NCBI GenBank assembly: GCA_018675995.1
Contig: JABGWZ010000065.1
Coordinates: 783 to 64,782, forward strand
Reading direction: 5' to 3'
Origin: Opitutia bacterium
GTDB lineage: Bacteria > Verrucomicrobiota > Verrucomicrobiia > Opitutales > Seribacteraceae
Length of the DNA: 64,000 bases
Below the pieces are notes generated by a model, which saw nothing but the letters and a program-made list of their open reading frames with translations, was not told the origin of the DNA and made no database searches. The translations under genes were made by a program, and so were the position numbers. Positions 1-9,215 of the stretch are shown here, piece after piece. Position 1 is the stretch's first letter. Every line of letters starts with the position of its first letter.

Positions 1-1
1 A

Positions 2-673
2 TCATCACTCCTCTTTGGAGTTATAAAAGGACTCGCTGAAAAAGACTTAGAAAGAGCGGACGAAGTATTTAAAGATTTGCCTGAAGGAAATGCACGGTGG
101 CAAGCGTCCACTTTTCTTGCTCAAAAATTTCCCGAGATAGGATTCGAAAAAGCTACAGCATGGGCAAATCAATTCCCCAAGTCGGACGAAAGAATGCGAG
201 AAACCATATTGGGTCAAATAGGTGCAAAGCTGGCAAGGCAAGATATCGAGGCAACAGCTAGATGGGTCGAATCCATGAAAGATGATAAAGCATCGTTTCG
301 AATAATGGATAATTTACTTACCCAGTGGGTGCCAAAAGATCCCGCCCGTGCCTCTCAATGGGTTAGTGAAATCCAAGAGACCGAAAAACGCCTCCATGGT
401 ATTCAGCAACTTGCCTCAAGGTGGGCGTTAACTGACCCGGTAGCTACAGCAGAGTGGCTTAACACTTTTCCCGCATCTGCAAAAATGGATCCTGTTGTAA
501 GCGAGTTTGTCAATCGAATCTCCACCCGAGACCCAGAAGGTGCAGCTGGATGGGCTAATTCAATTGTGGATCCTGCAACTAAAGAAAAAGCCTTAAACAA
601 AGCATTGAATGCATGGAACAGGGTTGACCCTGAGTCGGCTAAAAACTGGCAAAACGCAAATATGCAAAAGTAG
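2..673 (+). CDS. 5'-truncated helical-repeat protein (DPxxAxxW repeats, Verrucomicrobia-type hypothetical)
   Basis: The frame of ORF 77..673 stays open back to the window edge (SSLLFGVIKGLAEKDLERAD...). It has five repeats of about 35 aa: QDIEATARW, KDPARASQW, TDPVATAEW, RDPEGAAGW, VDPESAKNW. Confidence 0.7.
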   Translation, partial: SSLLFGVIKGLAEKDLERADEVFKDLPEGNARWQASTFLAQKFPEIGFEKATAWANQFPKSDERMRETILGQIGAKLARQDIEATARWVESMKDDKASFRIMDNLLTQWVPKDPARASQWVSEIQETEKRLHGIQQLASRWALTDPVATAEWLNTFPASAKMDPVVSEFVNRISTRDPEGAAGWANSIVDPATKEKALNKALNAWNRVDPESAKNWQNANMQK

Positions 674-685
674 AAATAACTCTGA

Positions 686-2038
686 TTATTTACCTATCGT
701 TTCGATAATTGCTACGATAGGCAAAAATAAAGCAATCACAATAAATCCAACCGCAACAGCTAGAAAAACAATCATTACAGGCTCAATCAAAGAAGTCATA
801 CCTGCTACTGCATTGTCAACATCCTCATCGTAATTATCTGCAATTCTAGTTAACATATCAGGTAATTCTCCGGTTTCCTCACCAATCTCAACCATACTTG
901 TAACCATAGTTGGAAAAACTGGCTCTCTCTCCATTTGCACTGCCATAGCTTCTCCGTCTCGCACTGAATCGTGGACATTGGCCATGGCTTTAACAAAAAG
1001 CCCATTAGATAGTGTATCACGGGTAATTTGCAAAGCCTGTAAAATAGGCACACCACTACTCAACAATGTACCAAAAGTTCGGGTTATTCGGGAAATATTT
1101 GATTTACCTACAACATCTTTGACCGCAGGAACATTTAATCCAAGCCAATCAAAAACTTTTGCTCCGGGTTTGGTCTTTTTAAATAATATTAGTCCTCCAA
1201 CAGTGCCAATCATTCCTCCCAGAACAAGGACTGGGTGGGTTGAGAATAATTCACTAATGTTAATTACGATTTGAGTAGGTCCGGGCAATGGTGCACCTCT
1301 TAGCATTTGCTCGAAAATTGTTTGAAACTGGGGAACAACAACCATCATAAGAAGGGTCACAATACCCACAGCAACAAACATAATCACACTCGGATAAATC
1401 ATGGCTGATTTAACCTTTTTAATCGTTCTGATATTTTTTTCCTGAAATTGAGCCAAACGATCAAGAACAAGTTCTAATACTCCACCGGCTTCACCAGCTT
1501 TGACCATATTAACATAAAGGTTATCGAAAATTTTGGGATACCCAGCCAAACCGTCCGACAAATTCCCCCCAGAGGAAACCTTTTCGGAGATATCCTGAAG
1601 GATAGCTTTAAACTTTGGCTTCTTTTCTTGTTGTTTGATCATTACCTCCATGCTCCTAAGCAAAGGTAAACCAGCGTGTACCAATGTAGACATTTGGCGG
1701 GTGAATATTGATATATCTTCCGTGGTTGGCCCACCCCCAATCTCTAATGCTAGCAAACCGCTTTTTTTCTTCTTAGGCTTGGCTGTTTTTCCTTCCTTTT
1801 CAGCCTTACTCCTTTTTTTTGTTTTTTCAGGCTTGGCAGCAGAGGGTTGTTCTTGAACCGGAGCAGGTTCAGAAGCTGAGCTAGGAGTAGGAGCTGGATT
1901 ATCAATCGGAATAACTTGAGATACGCTCAAGCCATACTGAGCCAATTGAGCAAGTGCCTGCTCCTCATTAGGAGCCTCGAAAGTACCCTGCGATGGTGCC
2001 CCTGTCTGATCTGTTCCGGTAAATTGATAAATTGGCAT
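686..2038 (-). CDS. Type II secretion/type IV pilus inner-membrane platform protein (GspF/PilC family)
   Basis: FTRQMSTLVHAGLPL, AGEAGGVL, YPSVIM, GEETGELPDML, LIEPVMIVFLA and ALFLPI are the two T2SSF repeats. It lies directly downstream of two PilB-like ATPases. Confidence 0.93.
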   Translation of the reverse strand: MPIYQFTGTDQTGAPSQGTFEAPNEEQALAQLAQYGLSVSQVIPIDNPAPTPSSASEPAPVQEQPSAAKPEKTKKRSKAEKEGKTAKPKKKKSGLLALEIGGGPTTEDISIFTRQMSTLVHAGLPLLRSMEVMIKQQEKKPKFKAILQDISEKVSSGGNLSDGLAGYPKIFDNLYVNMVKAGEAGGVLELVLDRLAQFQEKNIRTIKKVKSAMIYPSVIMFVAVGIVTLLMMVVVPQFQTIFEQMLRGAPLPGPTQIVINISELFSTHPVLVLGGMIGTVGGLILFKKTKPGAKVFDWLGLNVPAVKDVVGKSNISRITRTFGTLLSSGVPILQALQITRDTLSNGLFVKAMANVHDSVRDGEAMAVQMEREPVFPTMVTSMVEIGEETGELPDMLTRIADNYDEDVDNAVAGMTSLIEPVMIVFLAVAVGFIVIALFLPIVAIIETIGK

Positions 2039-2059
2039 GGCATTAATGTTTAAATGATT

Positions 2060-3766
2060 TTAAGTATATTTCAAGACTTCGTCTACAGTACTCTCCCCAT
2101 CAAAAATTGAGCGAATTCCATCCTCACGTAAAGTTCTCATCCCCTGTTCGATCGCATTTTGCTTGAGTACTAAGGTAGCTGCCCCCGAGTTAATCATTTC
2201 CCGAAAAACATCGGTTACTTTAATCATCTCGAAAAGACCGGTTCGGCCTCGGTAACCAGACTGGTTACATTCGGCACATCCGGCTCCAAAGTAAAACTTT
2301 CGATCCCCCAATTCGTTAGGATTAAGACCTAGGTTCTGGAATACTTCTTTCTTTGGTTCAAATTCCTCTTTGCAACCCGAGCAAATTTTACGAACCAATC
2401 GCTGGGCCAAAACAAACTCCAGGGATGCAGAAAGAAGAAAAGGCTCGAGCCCCATATCTATTAATCGAGTGACTGCACCCGGTGCATCATTGGTATGCAG
2501 AGTACTTAGCACGACATGCCCAGTAAGAGAAGCCTGCACAGCAATTCTGGCAGTTTCGATATCCCGAATTTCCCCCACCATTATTTTATCTGGATCCTGA
2601 CGAAGGAAAGCACGCAATGCTCGAGAAAAGTCCAAACCTACCTGGTGGTTAACCGGTACCTGCATAATGCCTTCTAATTCATACTCCACAGGATCTTCAG
2701 CTGTAAGTAGCTTAGTATCCATATTATTCACTTCTTTAAGTGCACTGTATAGAGTGGTTGTCTTTCCCGATCCAGTTGGCCCGGTGACAATAAAAATTCC
2801 ATTTGGTCGGCGAACCGCATCTCGGATACCCGTCTTCACATTTTCGGGTAATCCCAAATTATCCAAATCTAAATTGACAGCAGACTTATCAAGCACACGC
2901 AACACGACACTCTCCCCAAATTGCGTGGGTAATGTGGAAACACGTAAATCAACTGCTCTGCCCTCAATTGTCATTTTAATTCTCCCATCCTGCGGAATCC
3001 GATGCTCAGCGATATTCAAATCAGCAATAACTTTAATCCGGGAAATAACAGGGAGCGCCAAGCTCTTAGGAGGTGGGGACATTTCATATAGGGCTCCATC
3101 CACTCGATAACGTATCCTAAATTCATTTTCAAAAGGCTCAAAATGAATATCTGAAGCCTGTGCTCTGATTGCCTGCTGCATTACAAGGTTTACAAACCGA
3201 ATAATTGGGGTTTCATTCGCAGCATCACTTAATTCATTTTCCTTGGTCTCATCTAATCCTTCGAAATTATCAAGTCCAACTTCTCCGAGTAAATCATCCA
3301 AAGAATTTTCTTCAGTCGGATAATAATGGTCCAATAATTGATTAACATATTCCGGTTCTGTGACAATAAGTTGAATCTCAAGATTCAGGGCAAAAGTTAA
3401 GTCATCAATGATTGCTGAATTAAATGGATCACCAGCAAGGAAATGAATCCCCCCCTCAGACAAGTATAAAGGAACAATACCATACTGACGGGCCATATCG
3501 GGCTTGATTGAAGAAATAACCTCAGAGTCAATTTCATCGACTTCTCCAATCTGAAGCTCATAGCCAAGATACTCAGCAACAAGACCCAGTATATCTTCTC
3601 TTGAAGCTAAGCCAGCAGAAATAATCACCTCAGAATAAGATTTATTTCCGGCAATAACCTCTTCGTCAAAAAGTTCGTCTAATCCGTGCTGGGAAACACC
3701 TTCAACCTGCTTGAAAATATCACGGATACTTGAATTGTAATCTAAGAAAAGCATCGTTTTACTCAA
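2060..3766 (-). CDS. GspE/PilB-family secretion/pilus assembly ATPase (copy 2)
   Basis: Walker [38 protein letters not shown], and CxxC...CxxC. The TTG start overlaps the TGA stop of the upstream ATPase. Confidence 0.93.
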   Translation of the reverse strand: MSKTMLFLDYNSSIRDIFKQVEGVSQHGLDELFDEEVIAGNKSYSEVIISAGLASREDILGLVAEYLGYELQIGEVDEIDSEVISSIKPDMARQYGIVPLYLSEGGIHFLAGDPFNSAIIDDLTFALNLEIQLIVTEPEYVNQLLDHYYPTEENSLDDLLGEVGLDNFEGLDETKENELSDAANETPIIRFVNLVMQQAIRAQASDIHFEPFENEFRIRYRVDGALYEMSPPPKSLALPVISRIKVIADLNIAEHRIPQDGRIKMTIEGRAVDLRVSTLPTQFGESVVLRVLDKSAVNLDLDNLGLPENVKTGIRDAVRRPNGIFIVTGPTGSGKTTTLYSALKEVNNMDTKLLTAEDPVEYELEGIMQVPVNHQVGLDFSRALRAFLRQDPDKIMVGEIRDIETARIAVQASLTGHVVLSTLHTNDAPGAVTRLIDMGLEPFLLSASLEFVLAQRLVRKICSGCKEEFEPKKEVFQNLGLNPNELGDRKFYFGAGCAECNQSGYRGRTGLFEMIKVTDVFREMINSGAATLVLKQNAIEQGMRTLREDGIRSIFDGESTVDEVLKYT

Positions 3767-5481
3767 TCCTCGGCAGTAGTAACCATAAGTACTTCATCCA
3801 ATGTTGTAACTCCTGCCAAGACTTTCCGAAACCCGTCTTCCCTCATGGTCCTCATTCCCATTTCACGGGATTTTTTACGTAATTCCACAATACTAACATT
3901 GTGATAAATCATTTCCTCAATCTCTTGATTCACCACAAAAATTTCAAACACTCCTTTTCTCCCCCGAAAACCACTATCCCCACATTTATCACAGCCAGCT
4001 CCATGCATAAATGTGGCACTGCTTGCCTGATCTTCAGAAACCCCTAAGATACTCAATTCATTAGCACTTGGCGTGTAAGGTTCCTTGCAATTCTGACAGA
4101 TTGACCGGACTAATCGTTGAGCCAAGGCGGCTCGCAGCGAAGCAGAAACAAGGAACGGCTTTACGCCCATATCGATTAATCGGGAAACAGAACTTGGGGC
4201 ATCATTGGTGTGCAAAGTACTAAACACCATGTGCCCAGTGAGGGATGCATTAATGGCGATCTCTGCTGTCTCCAAGTCCCGAATCTCACCCACCATGACA
4301 ATATTTGGTGCCTGCCGAAGCATGGAACGCAGTGCCGCAGAAAAAGTCATTCCCACTTCTGCTCTAACCTGAACCTGATTTATTCCTGCTACTTCATACT
4401 CAACCGGATCTTCAACCGTTATAATTTTTCTATCCGGAGTATTGATAACATTAAGTGCTGAATAGAGTGTTGTTGATTTACCCGAACCGGTTGGTCCAGT
4501 CACCAAGAAAATTCCGTCAGGCAAACCAATAACGCTTTCGAAAGTGGTCTGATCATCCGAAAAGAAACCCAACTGGGGAAGACCTAGACTGAGACTCTCT
4601 TTGTCTAAAATCCGCATGACAATACTTTCACCATGAACAGTCGGTAAAGTGGAAACTCGTAAATCAATTGATTTCTCACCCACTTTGACATTGATACGTC
4701 CATCCAAAGGCACACGTTTTTCAGCAAGGCTCACATTTGCCATTAATTTCGTCCGGGAAATAATGGATGGCTGCAATCGCTTTGGAGGATCAGGCTGCTC
4801 GCGTAATTTCCCATCAATTCGAAATCGAATTCGAAACTTCTTCTCTAATGGCTCCATATGTATGTCTGAAGCTCGTGAATCCAGTGCATCTTTTATGACC
4901 GAGTGCACATATTTTATTATAGGAGCATCTTCCTCACTTACATCCTCGGGCTTTACACCGTCACCAATTTCAATATCTTCACTTCCTGCATTTCCAAAGA
5001 AGTCCTCCATTTTTCTATCTTCGGCTGCACCATAAGCTTCATCGATAGCTGCCAAAACAGCTCCCCGGTATGCAACTTTGGGATTAATCATTTTACCCAA
5101 AAGATGGGTTAAATTATCATATCCATCCTGATCCAAAGGGTTGCCAAAAACAATCTCGATTTCAGAACCAGTTGCCCCAATGGGGAATGCCTCATATTTC
5201 CTCGCCCACTCTGGGGTAAGAATATTTATTACCTCTTCCGTAGGATTTAAAGTCGATAAATCAACGGTATCCATGTTGAGTTCGCCTGCCAAAAAGTTTA
5301 CAACTTCCTCTTCCGGCATTCCTGTCTTCTCGAGTACTCCATTCATAATGGCAACCTCCTTGCCACCAATTAACCCATTACTCTGCGACTCAACCTCAGC
5401 AGTTATTTCAGCGAGTGCTTCAACTGACAAAATCCCCTGTTGCTTAAATGCATCCAGGATAAATTCGTCAGTAGGGTTCAT
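3763..5481 (-). CDS. GspE/PilB-family secretion/pilus assembly ATPase (copy 1)
   Basis: [41 protein letters not shown]...CDKC, and a T2SSE_N-like N-domain. Confidence 0.93.
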   Translation of the reverse strand: MNPTDEFILDAFKQQGILSVEALAEITAEVESQSNGLIGGKEVAIMNGVLEKTGMPEEEVVNFLAGELNMDTVDLSTLNPTEEVINILTPEWARKYEAFPIGATGSEIEIVFGNPLDQDGYDNLTHLLGKMINPKVAYRGAVLAAIDEAYGAAEDRKMEDFFGNAGSEDIEIGDGVKPEDVSEEDAPIIKYVHSVIKDALDSRASDIHMEPLEKKFRIRFRIDGKLREQPDPPKRLQPSIISRTKLMANVSLAEKRVPLDGRINVKVGEKSIDLRVSTLPTVHGESIVMRILDKESLSLGLPQLGFFSDDQTTFESVIGLPDGIFLVTGPTGSGKSTTLYSALNVINTPDRKIITVEDPVEYEVAGINQVQVRAEVGMTFSAALRSMLRQAPNIVMVGEIRDLETAEIAINASLTGHMVFSTLHTNDAPSSVSRLIDMGVKPFLVSASLRAALAQRLVRSICQNCKEPYTPSANELSILGVSEDQASSATFMHGAGCDKCGDSGFRGRKGVFEIFVVNQEIEEMIYHNVSIVELRKKSREMGMRTMREDGFRKVLAGVTTLDEVLMVTTAED

Positions 5482-5551
5482 TGGTTATGATAAGCACTAA
5501 AAATCAGATAAAAGAAAGGATAAAAGAATATTTTTAACGGGTTAAAGAAAT

Positions 5552-7411
5552 TTACCTGCCCAATCCCATCAAGAACTCAGGATTATTTTTTGTTTTGCGA
5601 ACACGCTGAATGAACATTTCCATAGCTTCCACTGGAGGGACACCTTTGAGCGAACGACGAAGAGAGTATATCTTATTTAACTCATCTGGATGATACAATA
5701 GCTCTTCCTTTCTGGTACCACTTTTTTCGAAATCTAACGCAGGGAAAATTCGTTTATTAGAAAGCTCCCGATCTAAGTGAAGCTCCATGTTACCCGTACC
5801 TTTAAATTCTTCAAAAATGACCTCATCCATTTTACTTCCTGTCTCAACCAAAGCGGTACCCAAAATGGTGAGGCTTCCACCACCCTCAATGTTCCGGGCA
5901 GATCCAAAAAATCTCTTCGGACGTTGCAGGGCAGTCGCTTCCACGCCTCCACTTAATATTTTTCCGCTATTCGGCATTGTGGAATTGTAAGCCCGTGCAA
6001 GACGGGTTATGGAATCCAATAAAATTACCACATCCTGTCCCCACTCAACCATTCTGCGTGCTTTTTCGATGACAATTTCGGCTGCATGAACGTGGCTTTG
6101 TGCACTTTCATCAAAGGTGGATGCAATTACCTCAGAATCTGGAACTTGGCGTCGGAAATCAGTAACTTCCTCCGGTCTTTCGTCAACGAGTAAAACAATC
6201 AAATGAGCCTGCGGGTTATTCACGCGCAGGGAGCGGGCAATTGCCTGTTGCAGCACTGTCTTCCCAGTCCTAGGAGGAGCAACAATTAAACCTCGCTGCC
6301 CAAGACCGATTGGAGAAACAAGATCGACCACTCGCATCGAAACATTATCCCACTCCACATCTGCATTTGTCTCCAAATAGATTCTGTCCAACGGATAATA
6401 AGGAACTAACTCAGTGAAAGGCATAATTCTGGATGCCTCCTCTGGGTCACCTCCCATTACTTTATCAACTTGGATCAAAATCGGACAGCTAGAGTCTTCC
6501 ATCTTTGCCCGAATGAAACCTTGGACTAAATGACCTGTTTTAAGTCCAAATCTTTTTACCAAAAGCTCAGGTACGAAAGGACTCTGGGCTTTCAAGCGAT
6601 AATTATCTTTTTCCTGGAGTAAGAAGCCATGTCCATCCTCAGTCACCTCGATGATAGCCGAAACTTGGATTGGACATAATTTCTTAAAACAGGTGTCGAA
6701 AAGAAGGTCGAAAATTTCTTCCCTAATCGGAGCCGGAGGCATTTCAATCTCAAGTGGCAAACTTACCACCTTTTCTTTTAATTCGGGCAAAGCGAGCTCA
6801 TAAAATTCGTTAAAGTTAATAGGATCGCTATCGGCCCCGGCAAACTCTTCTGCTAATGCAGTTAAGCCTCCTTCAGTTTTTAGGGCTTCAGACTCTAGAA
6901 GATTCCCTATTAACAATGGCTTACTTTCAGTATCTTCGTAGGGTAATTTCCTTGGCTTTTTGAATTTGGGTCGGGGTTTCTTTTTCGGATTCTTATTGTC
7001 CTGCCAATTTTGTTTTTTGAAATTCTTATTACCGTGCCTTGGGTGGTTGGAATGCTGAGGCTTTGACTGGTTTTGTTGAGGACTGGATTTCTCAATCGCC
7101 TCTTTTTCAGCATTAGTATGGCTAGATTGATTAGCCCCCACCCTTTTTTCATTCTCACTAGAACTGGCCTTATCTTCATATGGATTAGTATCCTTTTTTT
7201 CAGGTTCTGATCCGTCGGTGCTAAAAAAGAGCTGTCCGCTATCCTTGGGTTCAATTTCAGGGGTAGAAACAGATTCACCATTCTGATCCAATGGAGTTGC
7301 TGGATTTTCTTTAATTAAGCTTGGCTTAACTTTGCTATCTTCGGGGACATTATCTGCTCCTAAGTCTTTACTTTTTTTCGCAGTTGCCTTGGTTGTTTTT
7401 TTCGTTGGCAT
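5552..7411 (-). CDS. rho: Transcription termination factor Rho with long low-complexity N-terminal extension
   Basis: [48 protein letters not shown] and [11 protein letters not shown]. Confidence 0.97.
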   Translation of the reverse strand: MPTKKTTKATAKKSKDLGADNVPEDSKVKPSLIKENPATPLDQNGESVSTPEIEPKDSGQLFFSTDGSEPEKKDTNPYEDKASSSENEKRVGANQSSHTNAEKEAIEKSSPQQNQSKPQHSNHPRHGNKNFKKQNWQDNKNPKKKPRPKFKKPRKLPYEDTESKPLLIGNLLESEALKTEGGLTALAEEFAGADSDPINFNEFYELALPELKEKVVSLPLEIEMPPAPIREEIFDLLFDTCFKKLCPIQVSAIIEVTEDGHGFLLQEKDNYRLKAQSPFVPELLVKRFGLKTGHLVQGFIRAKMEDSSCPILIQVDKVMGGDPEEASRIMPFTELVPYYPLDRIYLETNADVEWDNVSMRVVDLVSPIGLGQRGLIVAPPRTGKTVLQQAIARSLRVNNPQAHLIVLLVDERPEEVTDFRRQVPDSEVIASTFDESAQSHVHAAEIVIEKARRMVEWGQDVVILLDSITRLARAYNSTMPNSGKILSGGVEATALQRPKRFFGSARNIEGGGSLTILGTALVETGSKMDEVIFEEFKGTGNMELHLDRELSNKRIFPALDFEKSGTRKEELLYHPDELNKIYSLRRSLKGVPPVEAMEMFIQRVRKTKNNPEFLMGLGR

Positions 7412-7433
7412 GAGAGGTATGGGTGAGGGTAAA

Positions 7434-8030
7434 TTATTTTAAAAGAAATAAAAATTGGTTAATTTGTTGATCTACGAATTCTGGATTCCCATCCGTTACT
7501 ATTACAAAATCAGCAAGATTTCCTTTTTCAGTTGTATTCATCTGAGATTTCAAGCGTGATTGAATGTCGAAATTCGACAATCCCCTCCCCTGCAATCGAG
7601 TGTTTTGCATAGTTGTAGATGCGTGAACAGAAATCGTTTTTGTAAATAGGGCATGAAGATTATTTTCAAAAAGTAAAGGAACCTCCACGACAAATTCAGA
7701 TTTATCAGAAGTTTCAATGAAAGTGGTCCAACCCTTGCGAATCTTAGGATGGACGAGTTGCTCCAGCCAGGATCGTTCGTTGGAAGATTCAAATATTACA
7801 CGGGCAAGCTCTGCTTTGTCAATGCTTCCGTTAGGATCTTTTATTTTCGGCCCCCATCGGGAAACAATCTTCTCGGTCACCTCATTATCCCCAGAAAGAA
7901 TATTATGGGCATAGGAATCAGTTGAAATCACCTCCCATCCAAGTACTCCAAATTTTTCACAAACAGTCGACTTGCCACAAGCGATTCCTCCAGTAACTCC
8001 CACTACAATTTTACCGGGAAAAAAATCCAT
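7434..8030 (-). CDS. coaE: Dephospho-CoA kinase
   Basis: [14 protein letters not shown]-loop, LEQLVHP and EVPLLFE. Confidence 0.93.
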   Translation of the reverse strand: MDFFPGKIVVGVTGGIACGKSTVCEKFGVLGWEVISTDSYAHNILSGDNEVTEKIVSRWGPKIKDPNGSIDKAELARVIFESSNERSWLEQLVHPKIRKGWTTFIETSDKSEFVVEVPLLFENNLHALFTKTISVHASTTMQNTRLQGRGLSNFDIQSRLKSQMNTTEKGNLADFVIVTDGNPEFVDQQINQFLFLLK

Positions 8031-8098
8031 TTAATCATCTTCCTTATTCAAGGAGTCCACGCAAGCCTGGAAATAGGGAAAGTTTTATGATAATCGTC

Positions 8099-8126
8099 TT
8101 GCCACTATTCGCAGACTCAATATTCT
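8099..8126 (+). promoter_or_regulatory. Putative sigma70-type promoter for tRNA-Tyr
   Basis: TTGCCA-N16-TATTCT, ending 16 nt before the mature tRNA 5' end. Confidence 0.45.
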
Positions 8127-8142
8127 GCTAAAATGTTTAGTT

Positions 8143-8229
8143 GGTAGGGTATCCAAGTGGCTAAAGGATGCGGACTGTAAATCCGCCCGCTTCGTGCGTT
8201 CGTCGGTTCGAATCCGACCCCTACCACCA
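8143..8229 (+). tRNA. tRNA-Tyr(GTA)
   Basis: Acceptor stem GGTAGGG/CCCTACC, anticodon arm GCGGA-CTGTAAA-TCCGC, long variable arm, T arm GTCGG-TTCGAAT-CCGAC, and encoded CCA. Confidence 0.97.
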
Positions 8230-8402
8230 TACAAGCTTCTAAATATTGATAGGTGTTTCCTTCTAATTTGTAGTTAGCATAAAAATTTGCTTTTCTACCC
8301 TAAAAACAAAGCATTAATCGTCCATTCAACCGGCATTTATTTATCTACTTGTGGCTTGATTCATGATTTGACACCACTTAACTTATAAACAGTGATTAAT
8401 TT

Positions 8403-8489
8403 ATGAGGAGAGGTTTAAAATGGGTTGCTATCATTGTTGGTGGGATCGTGCTGTACTTGTATAAAAAGTGGAGTGGCCAGCTTCCTTAA
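8403..8489 (+). CDS. Putative 28-aa single-helix membrane peptide (MRRGLKWVAIIVGGIVLYLYKKWSGQLP), absent from the ORF track
   Basis: Hand translation gives a basic N-terminus and a hydrophobic core. Its TAA overlaps the next ATG (TAATG, 8487-8491). Alternatively it is the frameshifted N-terminus of the downstream gene. Confidence 0.45.
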   Translation: MRRGLKWVAIIVGGIVLYLYKKWSGQLP

Positions 8490-9142
8490 TGAATTTTTTA
8501 TCTAAATTAGGAACTCGTTTTTTTTACGCAGGTGCTCTCGGCCTAATCCTTGCTGTTCTCTTTTCAGAATACACAAGCCTCTTTCTTTATGCGAAATACC
8601 AAGGTTGGTCTGGATGGCGTACAATTACCGGCTCAGAACCCAATTTCCTGACTTCGATAATACAGAAAGTTTCTTGGGCCGCATTTTTTTCTTCCAGTTG
8701 GTTTATGCTGTGGAGATTAGATTCTTTCTTCACACTTAGCCCAAAGTCAGAAAAAGTAGATATTTCTCAACCGGTAAGCAATGAGAGCAATGAAAAAAGC
8801 TCCGATACAATTCGCTTCCATGGGGAAAATGATGAAAATTTTGTACAGGAGAAAGAAGAGAGCATCAATATTCAGGATTCAGTGTTAGCCGAGCAAAACG
8901 GTGAACCAGAAGAAGAAAACCCAATTTTCAGCCTTGTGGATATAAAATACGCGGAAGTTATTGGCCTCAAAGCACCGTTTACGATCGATGAATTTAAGCC
9001 ATCCTACCGAAAACTGATTGCCAAGTATCATCCTGACCGGGTTGCTGTAATGGGTGAGGAGATTAGAGAAGTAGCCGAGAAGAAAGCAAAGGAAATTAAC
9101 CGTGCTTACGATTACTTTCAAAAAAAGTTTGATTTGAGCTGA
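8489..9142 (+). CDS. Membrane-anchored J-domain (DjlA-like) co-chaperone
   Basis: Two hydrophobic N-terminal segments, an acidic linker, and a C-terminal J domain (YRKLIAKYHPDRV...AEKKAKEINRAY). ATG 8489 is preferred over GTG 8468. Confidence 0.85.
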   Translation: MNFLSKLGTRFFYAGALGLILAVLFSEYTSLFLYAKYQGWSGWRTITGSEPNFLTSIIQKVSWAAFFSSSWFMLWRLDSFFTLSPKSEKVDISQPVSNESNEKSSDTIRFHGENDENFVQEKEESINIQDSVLAEQNGEPEEENPIFSLVDIKYAEVIGLKAPFTIDEFKPSYRKLIAKYHPDRVAVMGEEIREVAEKKAKEINRAYDYFQKKFDLS

Positions 9143-9215
9143 AATAAAATTGCCATTGATAATTCTCGCTTGAAGCTAGGAATAAAGTCATTACTATATT
9201 AACCTTTTTAATATT

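Noticed and set aside
8420-8464. 14-aa ORF MGCYHCWWDRAVLV preceded by a good SD-like AGGAGAGG
   Set aside because: It overlaps the more protein-like 28-aa ORF, has no coupling to the next gene, and SD use looks rare here, so it is probably chance.
8143-9142. tRNA-Tyr as an integration site for an island
   Set aside because: No integrase, no duplicated tRNA 3' end seen, and housekeeping htpG follows within 1 kb.
9143-9215. Heat-shock control element upstream of htpG
   Set aside because: No CIRCE repeat (TTAGCACTC-N9-GAGTGCTAA). CTTGAA is present but there is no sigma32-type CCCCAT -10 box.
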